Shown: piece by piece, positions 35,028-45,054 of the stretch | How the letters are laid out: every line of letters begins with the position of its first letter | Numbering within the stretch: position 1 is the stretch's first letter | NCBI GenBank assembly: GCA_937625935.1 | Contig: OW569346.1 | Location: forward strand, 372,001 to 436,000 | Source: Tetramitus jugosus | Lineage: Eukaryota; Protista; Heterolobosea | Length of the DNA stretch: 64,000 nt | Direction: 5' to 3' | Position numbers and translations under genes: made by a program | Notes under the pieces: generated by a model | Told to the model about the DNA's origin: nothing | The model's input: only the letters and a program-made list of their open reading frames with translations | Database searches by the model: none

Positions 35028-36845
35028 ATGGGTAATAATCAAAATAAAGCTCGCTCCCCCAGAGGTGCTCTGACAAAGCTCATTGCCAACCTGCATGTAA
35101 GAAACGATCGTACTGAAAACGATCTGACTTCTACATCCTCATCATCTTCTTCGAGTTCCTCTGGTTCTCCACCGAACCACGCATCGAATGACAATCGGAA
35201 AAAGAGAGTCATTCTGCTTGGTACTGGATCTGTTGGCAAGACTACCCTGTTCAAGATATTTGATCACCTGTTGGAGATTGACATGTTGATGCCAGCTGCC
35301 TACAATGACTCATCTAGTTCCTTTGCTCAAGGAATGCCTCTCGAGTCCAAAATGTCTCACCAGGTCACAACAACAACAGCAGCAACAACAGCAACAACGG
35401 CTATTACTCCTGCTAGCACATCAAAGACAAGGTCTCTGGAAGAACAATTGAACAAGCAAGTGAATCATCGAAGCAGTAGCAACAACAAGCAAGGAATAAG
35501 CAAGGAGTGGCATCAGCCAATCAAGTACTGCTTGGAAACAAGGGCCTCCTACCGAGAAATCTGTATGGGAAATGTCATGACATTGCTCATTCCTCTGTGT
35601 ACACAAGCTCTCTCTAGCATCAATTTTGAACATGAAGATTCTAGAGAAACTGCATTGATTGTGGCCAATATGAGTCTCTATTCAGTGACAAGAGTGTGTG
35701 GCATGGAGGACTTTGAGGATTTGATTCAACGGATTTATAAAATGTGGACAACTGAACCCGAGTTCAGGACACTGTTAATTGAAGGACAGTACACTTCGAG
35801 GTTGCTGTCTGATCTCATCAATGAAAATGTTTATTTTCTGGACAGGCTGACTCAATTGTTAGATCTCAATCATATCACAGAGGATGTGGGTATGCGGTTA
35901 AAGATCAAGACAACTGGACTGCCATCTTGCGAGGGCACATGGAATGGAATGGGTGTCGAAGTGTTCGATACTGGAGGTCAGAGAAATGAGAGAAAGAAGT
36001 GGAGAGCCGTGGTTCCTACTACACAAGCTGTTGTGATCCCTATATCACTCAAGGAGTATTACATGGTGTGTTATGAGGACAACACAACCAATAGGACAGA
36101 AGAGGCAATGCAATTGGTTCAAGCACTGATGGAGAGCTCCCGTGCACCATCTCTCAACTTCTTCTTTGTGTTTACTCATTTTGATTTGTTCAAGAAGCAC
36201 TTGTCAGTCAAGGATATGAGTGATGCGTTTGATGATTTGCCAGAAGAGTTGCGTCAGACAGAGAGCAATCGCTATTCATGCTTGCACATGTCTATGTTGC
36301 CTTTTGATCCTGTAGATGAATCAAGTGCAGCTCAAGAGAAACCAAAGACACCTGTGTTCGATCTTACTGGCTTGAGTGATGACCTGCTAGTTCACATTTG
36401 TACATTCCTCCATCCAAGACACTTGATACCTTTCAGTCTTGCCAATTTCCACTTTTACAAGGTGGCAAACAGCGATCGAGTGTGGTCTTCTTATTGCAAG
36501 AAACTTCATCCTGACCTCACAGACCAACAAGTGGACTATGTGCTAAATAACAGTGAAGTCTTGAGAAAGAGTTTTATTGCTCCAATTGGTGAGCTGCGTT
36601 CTCCAGCCAGAGCCCAGAACTACAAGTATTACTTCAAGACTGGTGGATATATGGCTGTCAAAAATCTGGAGTTTATGATGCAAAAGTATCTGAGTTTGGC
36701 TCCTGCCAAGGTAGCTCAATCCACCTATGTTGTGAATGCTATCAATGTGTACGAGACTCGTTATCTCTGCATCAAAATTTTGGATTTCTTAGAGACCACA
36801 ACAACCTCAACCACACCTTCTCCACGTTCATCCAAAACACGGTAG
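35028..36845 (+). CDS. Divergent heterotrimeric G-alpha-like protein with an inserted F-box
   Basis: MGN myristoylation; LLGTGSVGKTT; KTTG; FDTGGQRNERKKW; CYEDNTTNRTEEA; F-box LSDDLLVHICTFL...VANSDRVW. Confidence 0.85.
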   Translation: MGNNQNKARSPRGALTKLIANLHVRNDRTENDLTSTSSSSSSSSSGSPPNHASNDNRKKRVILLGTGSVGKTTLFKIFDHLLEIDMLMPAAYNDSSSSFAQGMPLESKMSHQVTTTTAATTATTAITPASTSKTRSLEEQLNKQVNHRSSSNNKQGISKEWHQPIKYCLETRASYREICMGNVMTLLIPLCTQALSSINFEHEDSRETALIVANMSLYSVTRVCGMEDFEDLIQRIYKMWTTEPEFRTLLIEGQYTSRLLSDLINENVYFLDRLTQLLDLNHITEDVGMRLKIKTTGLPSCEGTWNGMGVEVFDTGGQRNERKKWRAVVPTTQAVVIPISLKEYYMVCYEDNTTNRTEEAMQLVQALMESSRAPSLNFFFVFTHFDLFKKHLSVKDMSDAFDDLPEELRQTESNRYSCLHMSMLPFDPVDESSAAQEKPKTPVFDLTGLSDDLLVHICTFLHPRHLIPFSLANFHFYKVANSDRVWSSYCKKLHPDLTDQQVDYVLNNSEVLRKSFIAPIGELRSPARAQNYKYYFKTGGYMAVKNLEFMMQKYLSLAPAKVAQSTYVVNAINVYETRYLCIKILDFLETTTTSTTPSPRSSKTR

Positions 36846-37010
36846 TTCCCCTCGAAAGACGACGACCATAAATAATTTTGATTTTCTTTGACACAAGTAG
36901 TGAATTATTCTGTTGTATCATGACATTTGCTGTATCGTTTTAAAAGAGGGCAAGGAAAAAGAATGGACTTACAATGATTGTATTGTAGTTACTGCTATCT
37001 TCGGGACCAC

Positions 37011-38009
37011 TTTTTTTTTAATACAACCATTGCAGTTGCGCTTTTTATTGTCTTTCGTTTGCATTATCTGTACATTATTTCCCAATGAGGCTCGTAGAGC
37101 GTCATTGCTTCTGTTTCTCCTTGGTTGACGTGAACAGTTGATGGAGGGTCGTAAGACATCTCCGCTTCACACTGTTCACAAATGTTTTTGCTTTCTTGGC
37201 AGCCATTGACTTCTTCATTCCGTTAAGTACCAAGCCATCTTTTATCTGTTCGTTGGCATCTACTTCGATGCCCATCATTCCTTGCAGGTATTCTTTTCTG
37301 GTTTTTCTTATCGGTCTTCCATCAACCGCAAGTTGTCAAACCATATGTCGATGTGACTTTGTCGAGCCACCCCTAACTCCATTAACTCATCTCCTACTGT
37401 CTTCGCAAGTAATCTTCTGGCTTGGAAATTCCAGCTTTCGATCTACAACATGAGGGTACTTCAAGAAACCAAAGTCGGCTCCACTGTTATTTGCCTGCTT
37501 CTGTAACCACCATAGTTCGCGTGCATCCACTCTCACTATCCTCTCTTGATCGAGCAACGATTGTAGATGCTTTCCTTTGTGGAGCACGGGTTCAGTTTCA
37601 TCTACAGTCTTGATTTTGGAGGAGCATTAACAGTTCCTCATGGCCTAAATCATTATCAATAGCAGTTCATGTGATCTTGGTCATTCTGCACTTCGGAAAT
37701 ACACTTTTGGATTCTTTGAGACAAAAGGGTTTATCGTCAACCATCAATTGTTCGCGACTCGTGATGCCTGCCTTAAACAGCTTTTTGAGCAGGCTGGAGG
37801 GTACATACCTAGCTAAACAGCACTCATCACACTGTTGCTGTTGGGAATTGACTACAACCCTGATATGGAATTTGTGCAATCTGCTGGCGCCACTTGTGAA
37901 ATGATCCTTTGACTGCCTCTAGCCTGTTCCTTGACTTATATACATTCTCATATTGGAATGTTTGATTGTGCTTGATGTCCTCAAGCGTATCAAGGAACAG
38001 CTTTCTTGC
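37011..38009 (-). mobile_element. Older, decayed 5'-truncated non-LTR retrotransposon (copy B)
   Basis: Frameshifted homologue of the C-terminus of the 38158 ORF (EARKLFLDTLEDIKH; KYPHVVDRKLE; CLTTLHQLFTSTKEKQKQ*); poly(A) as T-run 37011-37019; CCHC region deleted; degenerate TSD TTCGGGACCAC at 37000-37010. Confidence 0.92.
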
Positions 38010-38024
38010 TTCCGGGTGGACCGC

Positions 38025-40727
38025 TTTTTTTTTTTTTTTTTTTTTAATACAACCATTTCGGTTGCTCACTTTATTCTCAATACATTTTCATCAGCCATCG
38101 CTCTTTGAGCGATGGCTCTTGGTCGTCTGATTAATTCCCAATGACGCTCGCAGAGCGTCATTGCTGTTGTTTCGCTTTTGTTGCGGTGAAGAGGTGAAGG
38201 AGAGTCGTGAGACATCTCCGTTTCACCCCATTCACAAAGGTTCTTGCTTTCTTACCGGCTTCTGTTGTTTTGATCCCAGTCGCTACCAGTCCGTTGGTGA
38301 CCTCTTCGGTGGCGTTTGTTTCTATGCCCATCATACCCTTCAGAAATTCTCTACTCGTCCGTCGCAAAGGACGCCTTTCCATCTTGCCATCCTTCAGTCG
38401 CACATTATCGAACCATATGTCGATACAGGACACACCCATGCTGGTAAGCTCCTTACTGACTGTCAAGGCTAGACATCTTCTTGCATACACAGCCCTTGAG
38501 CATCGAATAAGGCAGTGCAGCACACTTTCGGGTTCTTTGTTACACCAGACACACATCGAGGGCTCGGTGCCAGTGTTATAAAGACACCGAACAACTTCCT
38601 CCGTGTGGAGAGTACCACTTCTGACTTGAAGCTGGAACCATTCCAGCCTTCTGTCAACAACGTGTGGGTACTTGAGAAAGCTGAAGTCTGCGCCGCTGTA
38701 GTTGGCATCTTTTTGAATCCACCAACGCTCGCTCGTCTCTACACGTGCATTTCTCTCCTGATCAAACAGGGACTGCAGGTGTTCTCTACTCTCGACTCTG
38801 AGGTTACCCTTGTACAGAGCAGGTTCATTTTTAGTGGAGTTTTGGCTTATGGGACACTGACAGGTCCTCATTTGCGCCATCAAAATGTTCAGTATTTGGT
38901 GCGATTTTGCACCTATCCTACATTTTGGGAATAGTTTCTTGAATTCTTTGAAACAGATGGGATGTTCCTCTACAAGCAGTTGATTGCGGCTGACTATACC
39001 TGAGAGGTAGAGTTTTTTGAGGATGGTGGATGGTACGTACCTTGCCAATCTACACTCATCACACTGCGTAGTTGTACCTACAGTTAATCTGATCCCATGT
39101 GCATGCATCCTGATGGCACACCACTTGTGGTAAGTTGACACGACATACTCGAGTCTGTTGCTTGACTGAAATACATTCTCTTGTTGGAATGTTTGGTGGA
39201 GCTTGATGTCCTCAAGCGTGTCAAGGAACAGCCTACGAGCTTCAGTGTCTCTCTTACCGTTGATCATTGAGAACACAAACCATCCAGTCTGCGTCGCAAT
39301 TGTCTCTTCAATGTCCTTTAGTCCTACTGACCCGAGCTCAAAGCCGATGGACAGCAGCTCAGTCGGGAACCTCTTCATTGCCTTCGACCCGAACTTCACT
39401 AATGATCTTCCCAGTGCATTAACTTTGTTCAACCACTCAGCTGTCCAGTCAGTAAACTCTGATGCATAAGCGAATATAGGATGGATGCACGTGTTCACCA
39501 CCCGACTCACTTGTCTTGCGGTGAGTCTCATTACTTTGAGCCGAACAACCACCCTCTGTGCCTTTTGCCACGCTTGTTCTCTCTGTTTCTGGGTTGCACC
39601 CTTGAGATTCGTGTACAGACCCAGCGCACGAAACACCTGCCTGTTGTTTCTCCCCACCACCTTTGTGCCATCCACAGTAATGTCGTTCGATGACTTATTG
39701 TCCACTTTTCTGACGTAAAGTTCCAACTTGTCAGGATGCATTGTCATTCGGAGCCAACCCAAAGCGGTAGACATTGCTTTGGCGGCAATTTCAATGTCCT
39801 CCCTGGATTCAGCAAACAGATTACAGTCATCCACGTACGCAGCATTCCAGAGTCTCTGAGTCATCGCGCCAAATCCTTTCACTTGACTTTTCACATACAA
39901 CAAAACCACTTGGTGCACCAGTATGTAGGTAGTGGGTGATAGTGAATCACCCTGTCTCGTACCCTTTCCTATTCTAAACCTTCTCGAAAGCGAAGAGGTC
40001 AAGACTCGCGCATGATTGTCACGCACCATACCACTGACAAGTTTCACTATTCCCTCAGGAAAACCAAAGAATCTATATACAGCTTCTATAGCGTTGTGCG
40101 GGACCGAGTCGAAAGCCTTGGTAATGTCCGTCAACAAAAGGTACAATTGCTTGTCATGACGGTTGGCACAGTCAATGACACCCCTTATCAAGGACAGTTT
40201 CTCCCTGATATCTCGAAATTTTCGTCCTCCCCCTTGAACATTCGTAAACACACCTCCTTCCTCTGCCGCCTTCGAGATGCGTTGATTCAAAAGCTTAGTG
40301 TAAAGCTTAGACAACGAACTAAGAAGGCAAATAGGACGATAGTTCTCTGGTCGTGTGACGTCCCCTTTCTTGTAGGCAGGGATGATCACACACTCCTTCC
40401 ACGCTCTCGGGAACTTGCCGGTAGTAGTGATGTTGTTGAAGAAGTTGCAGAGAGTCTCTGCCAATTCCCACCTGAAGTCTCTTTTCTTGGTGCGAGGGAG
40501 TTTGACCATCTCGTTATGAACACCGTCAGCACCTGGGCACTTTCTGTTCCTTAACCATCTGATTGCTTCCGCGACTTCCTCTGTCTTGAAAGGTTGGATA
40601 GCTGTCCTCAGTTTGTGTTTATCGCTTCGACTATCCATCAGTGCAAGGAAGCCCATGCTAGCTTTATCCTTCTTGAATGCCTCTTCGTAATAGTCAGCTG
40701 CTACTTCACCAACTATATGAGGATCTG
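38025..40727 (-). mobile_element. Young 5'-truncated non-LTR retrotransposon, L1/Tx1-like (copy A)
   Basis: Poly(A) as 21-T run 38025-38045; perfect 15-bp TSD TTCCGGGTGGACCGC at 38010-38024 and 40728-40742; uninterrupted RT ORF. Confidence 0.97.
38158..40727 (-). CDS. Retrotransposon ORF2 fragment: reverse transcriptase plus C-terminal CCHC zinc knuckle; no N-terminal endonuclease present (5' truncation)
   Basis: KCPGADG, NYRPICLL, DITKAFDSV, GTRQGDSLSP, AYVDD, FRALG; CVWCNKEPESVLHCLIRC. Confidence 0.95.
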
Positions 40728-40781
40728 TTCCGGGTGGACCGCTTGCGCGGCAGACGTCCAATTTTGTTGATTTTACAAGGA

Positions 40782-40827
40782 GCATTGATGGTGTAGAGGC
40801 AGCATCTCAGCCTTCCTGGGCGGATGC
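40782..40827 (+). pseudogene. tRNA-Gly(TCC)-like remnant with internal deletion
   Basis: GCATTGA-TG-GTGTAGAGGCAGCAT-C-TCAGC-CTTCC gives acceptor 5' strand, D-arm with A box, and anticodon TCC; followed by TGGGCGGATGC resembling a T-stem/acceptor 3' strand; B box absent. Confidence 0.7.
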
Positions 40828-40854
40828 TTATTGTATCAAGTTTGGCAAACGGAT

Positions 40855-42064
40855 TTATTCATTGCCCTCGAGCATTCTGCACATTTTGTATGCCATTTCG
40901 TATGCATAAAAGGTCACCGCATTCACAGGGAACGCTCTGAGAACAGTTGGAGTGAATCCTCTGTACAAGTCTCGCACGGTATAAGTCTTGAACATTTTTC
41001 TCAAATTCAAGTTTCGATCATTACGAACAATGCTCTGTGCACAGTCGGTCGGATACACCAATGCCCACGCACCTGTACCAGCGATTCCACCTGCCATCAA
41101 CAGAGAGAGAGCATCCTGTTCATATGATCTTCCCAATCGATTCACATAAAAGTCAGCAAACTGTCTCTTTGACATTTCATAAATGTAAAAGTATGCAGCA
41201 TAGAATGTGAGCTGATGGGAGAGACAAGCAGCATAGCCATGAAAAAATCCATTGGTCTTCCACAAGTGCTTCACACAGTTGCTAAAGCTTTGCTTGGAAA
41301 CCATCGTCTCATTGCCCGTTGCTGTCTGTAACTGAATTTTAATCATGTCAGCAGGAGCTACGACCAAGCTAATGGCCAATCCAGCAAACGCACCAGACAA
41401 ACCAATGACAAGGGACTCCTTCCTGGCAGAATAGTTTTCTCCCATGACTTTTTGAGAGTAGCTGTTCATCCATTCCTTGCAAACACCAAAGCTTCCAAAC
41501 AAGACAAAGTTGGATGCCAATTCACCCAGTAGGGGAGCGAGCATTCCCTTGTACAGACCTCTAAAATACTCTGTTCTTGTGGTGAATGTTGAATTGAATT
41601 GAGCAGTGTTGCCTTGCAATGTTTGAATTCTTGTCTTGATTGTATCAATTGGGTAGCCAAGGGTGATTCCCGCCAGACCGCCTGCTGATCCACTGTAAAT
41701 GAACAAGAAAGAGAGTTAGAGATCACCGCGGTGGAGGGGAGCACAGAGCGAACAGCAACTTTCCAATTCGTCGGAAACTGTAATACCGATCGGAGTAATT
41801 GAAAGACAGTCTGCATCACTCACAAGCTCAAACAACAACAAGAGAAAGGAGTGAAGAACGGTACCTGATAAATTCTGAGAAAACACTAAAGTTTGACCGA
41901 TGATTGTCACTGTCTAAAGTTGCATTATTGTTGTCATGGTTGTTGTGTTGATCCTTTGCTTGTTGTTGGGCACTCGGTATTGCGTTCGTCTTGCTCATGA
42001 GTTGGTGTTGTGATTGGTGATGATGATGGGCTGTGGTGGTGGTTGTGTAGTTGCTGTTGGACAT
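40855..42064 (-). CDS. Mitochondrial carrier (carnitine/basic amino acid, SLC25A20/29/45-like); intron 41693-41864
   Basis: YPIDTIKTRIQ, GLYKGMLAPL, APADMIKIQLQ, LRAFPVNAVTF; spliced EFIS|GSAGG. Confidence 0.9.
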
Positions 42065-42414
42065 TATTTTCGGTGTGGTGATCGTGTTGTTGTTTTCTCT
42101 TGGACAATAATTTATCAGAGATAGAATATTTGTGTGTGAAAGGTGGGCAGAAGAACCACGGATGAGAGAATCTTTGTTCTTCGATTGCCAATTCCACCAT
42201 CGTCTCTTGGTATAATTGGAAAATTCTTCGCCACACAATGTCTCCTGCTTGACATTGGTTGACTTTCCGCGAAAGAAAAAGCGCTTCGATGCGGGAAGGG
42301 GTTTCCAGCAAAGATTTCCCACAAAAAATGGTGATATCTTTTCTTTTGTTGCTTCTGCACCCAAATTGTTTTACAAAAAATAGTGTCGAACAGCTTAAAA
42401 CCGTTGTTGTCCGA

Positions 42415-42628
42415 CGACACTGGTCGTGTTACAATTTGTCTGATGTCTGGGGGCGTTATGCCCTCAGCATTCTATTACCCCCAGTGTCTCACTCGTTGAA
42501 CTTCACCTGGTCAGGAGGTAGTGAATGAATCGGACATGTCGCATGAAGCATGTGACACAATAGCGAAGCTTGCTTCAAAGAACTGTGCTTGTATGAATGT
42601 TCTATTCAGACAAATTGGCACAGTGTCG
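42415..42628. ncRNA. Candidate structured non-coding RNA or inverted-repeat element, identity unknown
   Basis: CGACACTG/CAGTGTCG and CAATTTGTCTGA/TCAGACAAATTG close a region containing several hairpins. Confidence 0.4.
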
Positions 42629-42648
42629 AAGGGCAACCATATTATTTA

Positions 42649-44676
42649 TTATAAGCCACTGTGAAGGAAGGGCTGAACATCAAAACTTGTAATCTGAGGA
42701 TCACTCATTATATCCTTGAGTGTATGTTCACTCGATAGATGTTGGAGACGAATGTAGCTCGTTTCATCGAGTGGAACAATTGGAACACCAGAGTTGAGAA
42801 GATTCAGCTCTTCCTGAAGTTTCATTAATAACTCTGTGTTCCCTTGAGATTGTTCTTCTCTCAGTTGATTGATATGCAGGAAGAGAGCTTTCACATACAG
42901 GGTGGGATCGTTGTCTCTAACATGCTTCTTTAGAAGTGATATCCATAGGCGCCATATAAAAGAGGAATTGCCTTGAGAGAGCAAGGATTTGTACAAGTGA
43001 TACACTGCCCTCCGCCACAGTGTAGAATTCCTTTTTGTCATGCCAGATAATCGAATGCCAACGATAGCGTGACATTCAAACCTTATCTGACTGGTTGTTG
43101 CGATGAACAAATAAACTGACGGATTAAATGTACCCCTGTTTTTCATCGCTTGAATCTGATTCAGCTGACGCAATACTGTTAGATAGAGTGATATTGGTGT
43201 GCTCTGCTGCAAATTGCATGACACATGTGACCTTTTTGCACCCAAAAGGGCATTGTCAAATTCATTTACCTGAGGAGCGGATGGTAAAATTGTGGAGAAC
43301 TCGACATTTCCAATTTCACCTAACACTGATGATGTAATCTCAAATAAAGCTGGATATTGTTGATGAAATAGAGCCATGCAGTGATAAAACTGAGCGCTAG
43401 GATCAATTGTGGGACAAAATTGCAAAACAAGAGATGAGTACTCGAGTAATCGCTCCCACTGTTTTGATCTGGCAGACACATTTATCCCCACTGATCTTAA
43501 TTCGTTTAAAGAGAAGTGTCTGACACCGTTCTTACGTTGGTAGTAATCGTAAAATCGGTCAGATATATCATTAATATCGAGTGATTCCTCATCTCCATTT
43601 GTATTATCAAATATAGCTTGCCCCTTCCGTATAGATAAGTATGTGAAGAGCAATAGGCGATCATAAGCCAATATCTTCGAAAATCCAGCATTGTTATCAT
43701 CTCGCATCAAGTTTATGAGCGACAATTTGGAAGTCAGTTTCCTCATCTTCATTCTGCTGTATTGTACAGTGTGACTATTTGCGTTCGTTAACATAAACTG
43801 TTGCATTGCAATCACAATATTCCACTTGGCATATTCCAAATTTTCTCTTTCCTCTTGTTTGAATAGATGTTGTTCAAACTTGCGATTCAAAACAACAGTG
43901 ACAACATAAAATTCACACATCTTGCTCCACACTCGCCAAACTGATTGTTGATCACTCAGATGAAAGCATTGTGAGATACACAGATTGAACTGCTCGACAA
44001 CATTGCACGCCATCTGTCCATCATCACCATTTTCACTCTGGGTATCATTTAACAACACAACATCATCACCGCCAGTATAAAACTCAAAATTGATCTTTGC
44101 CATCAAATACCACAACTTGCTCTCTAACACTACAAATAAATCATCATGTTCATCACCATCACGTTTCTGATCCAAGCGACTAATCTCTCGTAAAATCGAT
44201 TTACAAAGCAGGAAACACTGCACGTACTCTCTCACTTTCCACAGTAACTTTGCCATGCCATACTGCAGCATCATTGATTGATAGACGATTGAAAATAGGT
44301 CACTACTGCTCTCAAAAGCAATTTTGGCGTCATCATCGCGAGTCGACTCATGATTTCTTCTTGATGCTTGCGACTGTTTCTGTTGTTGAATCGATGCGAG
44401 TAGCTTGGACTGAATATGAGAGAACAGTTGAGCTACGGTCGATGATCGGTTAATGTGACAAGCACTCGAAACAAACAAGTCAATCAATGGCAAATGAAAC
44501 GCTTCATGCACTTCAAACTGTTCTAATAAGCGATCAAACACAATGTCGTACTGGTTGTTGGACGAGTAGGGAACAAGAACATCCAAGTACAACAAGTCTA
44601 ATTCTTCCTTTGAAAAGTGTCGTTTGTTGAGGTCATGCTGCTTGACTTGTTGTTCCTGCTGCTTTTGTCGAAACAT
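42649..44676 (-). CDS. Hypothetical alpha-helical (TPR-like?) protein
   Basis: ~675-aa ORF, no confident motif. Confidence 0.65.
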   Translation of the reverse strand: MFRQKQQEQQVKQHDLNKRHFSKEELDLLYLDVLVPYSSNNQYDIVFDRLLEQFEVHEAFHLPLIDLFVSSACHINRSSTVAQLFSHIQSKLLASIQQQKQSQASRRNHESTRDDDAKIAFESSSDLFSIVYQSMMLQYGMAKLLWKVREYVQCFLLCKSILREISRLDQKRDGDEHDDLFVVLESKLWYLMAKINFEFYTGGDDVVLLNDTQSENGDDGQMACNVVEQFNLCISQCFHLSDQQSVWRVWSKMCEFYVVTVVLNRKFEQHLFKQEERENLEYAKWNIVIAMQQFMLTNANSHTVQYSRMKMRKLTSKLSLINLMRDDNNAGFSKILAYDRLLLFTYLSIRKGQAIFDNTNGDEESLDINDISDRFYDYYQRKNGVRHFSLNELRSVGINVSARSKQWERLLEYSSLVLQFCPTIDPSAQFYHCMALFHQQYPALFEITSSVLGEIGNVEFSTILPSAPQVNEFDNALLGAKRSHVSCNLQQSTPISLYLTVLRQLNQIQAMKNRGTFNPSVYLFIATTSQIRFECHAIVGIRLSGMTKRNSTLWRRAVYHLYKSLLSQGNSSFIWRLWISLLKKHVRDNDPTLYVKALFLHINQLREEQSQGNTELLMKLQEELNLLNSGVPIVPLDETSYIRLQHLSSEHTLKDIMSDPQITSFDVQPFLHSGL

Positions 44677-45054
44677 GTTATTTCCCAGCCGAAAAGTCCG
44701 AAGTTTTTCGCGCCACAATTTGACTCGCCCAGTTGTAAATCAGAATAAAAATTGATTGTAATCGAATTGTCTCTTTCGGAACTTTGCACACGTCACACAC
44801 AAAAAGCTCTTTGTTTGTTTTCGAAGAAATTTGATCAACACATTTTACGTACATCTATTCCCATACACACATATTATCTGTATCATCTCTATATACGCAC
44901 GCACACATATTGATATTGTAAATATACCCATACATCAATATCATCATCATATCCATCCAAACAAAACATTATCTATATATCTAAAAAAGTTATTATAGCT
45001 CAATTCGACAACAACTGTACATATATACAAACAACACAATACTAGAAGAAGAAA

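Noticed and set aside
38010-38024. Sequence-specific (R2-like) target site
   Set aside because: Copy C has an unrelated TSD at the same distance from a tRNA, and I see no restriction-like endonuclease motif after the CCHC knuckle. Position specificity fits better.
40728-40785. ATG at 40785 as the start of a complete 875-aa retrotransposon protein
   Set aside because: It lies outside the TSD, inside the tRNA remnant. The first ~19 codons are flanking DNA that happens to be in frame; the element is 5'-truncated.
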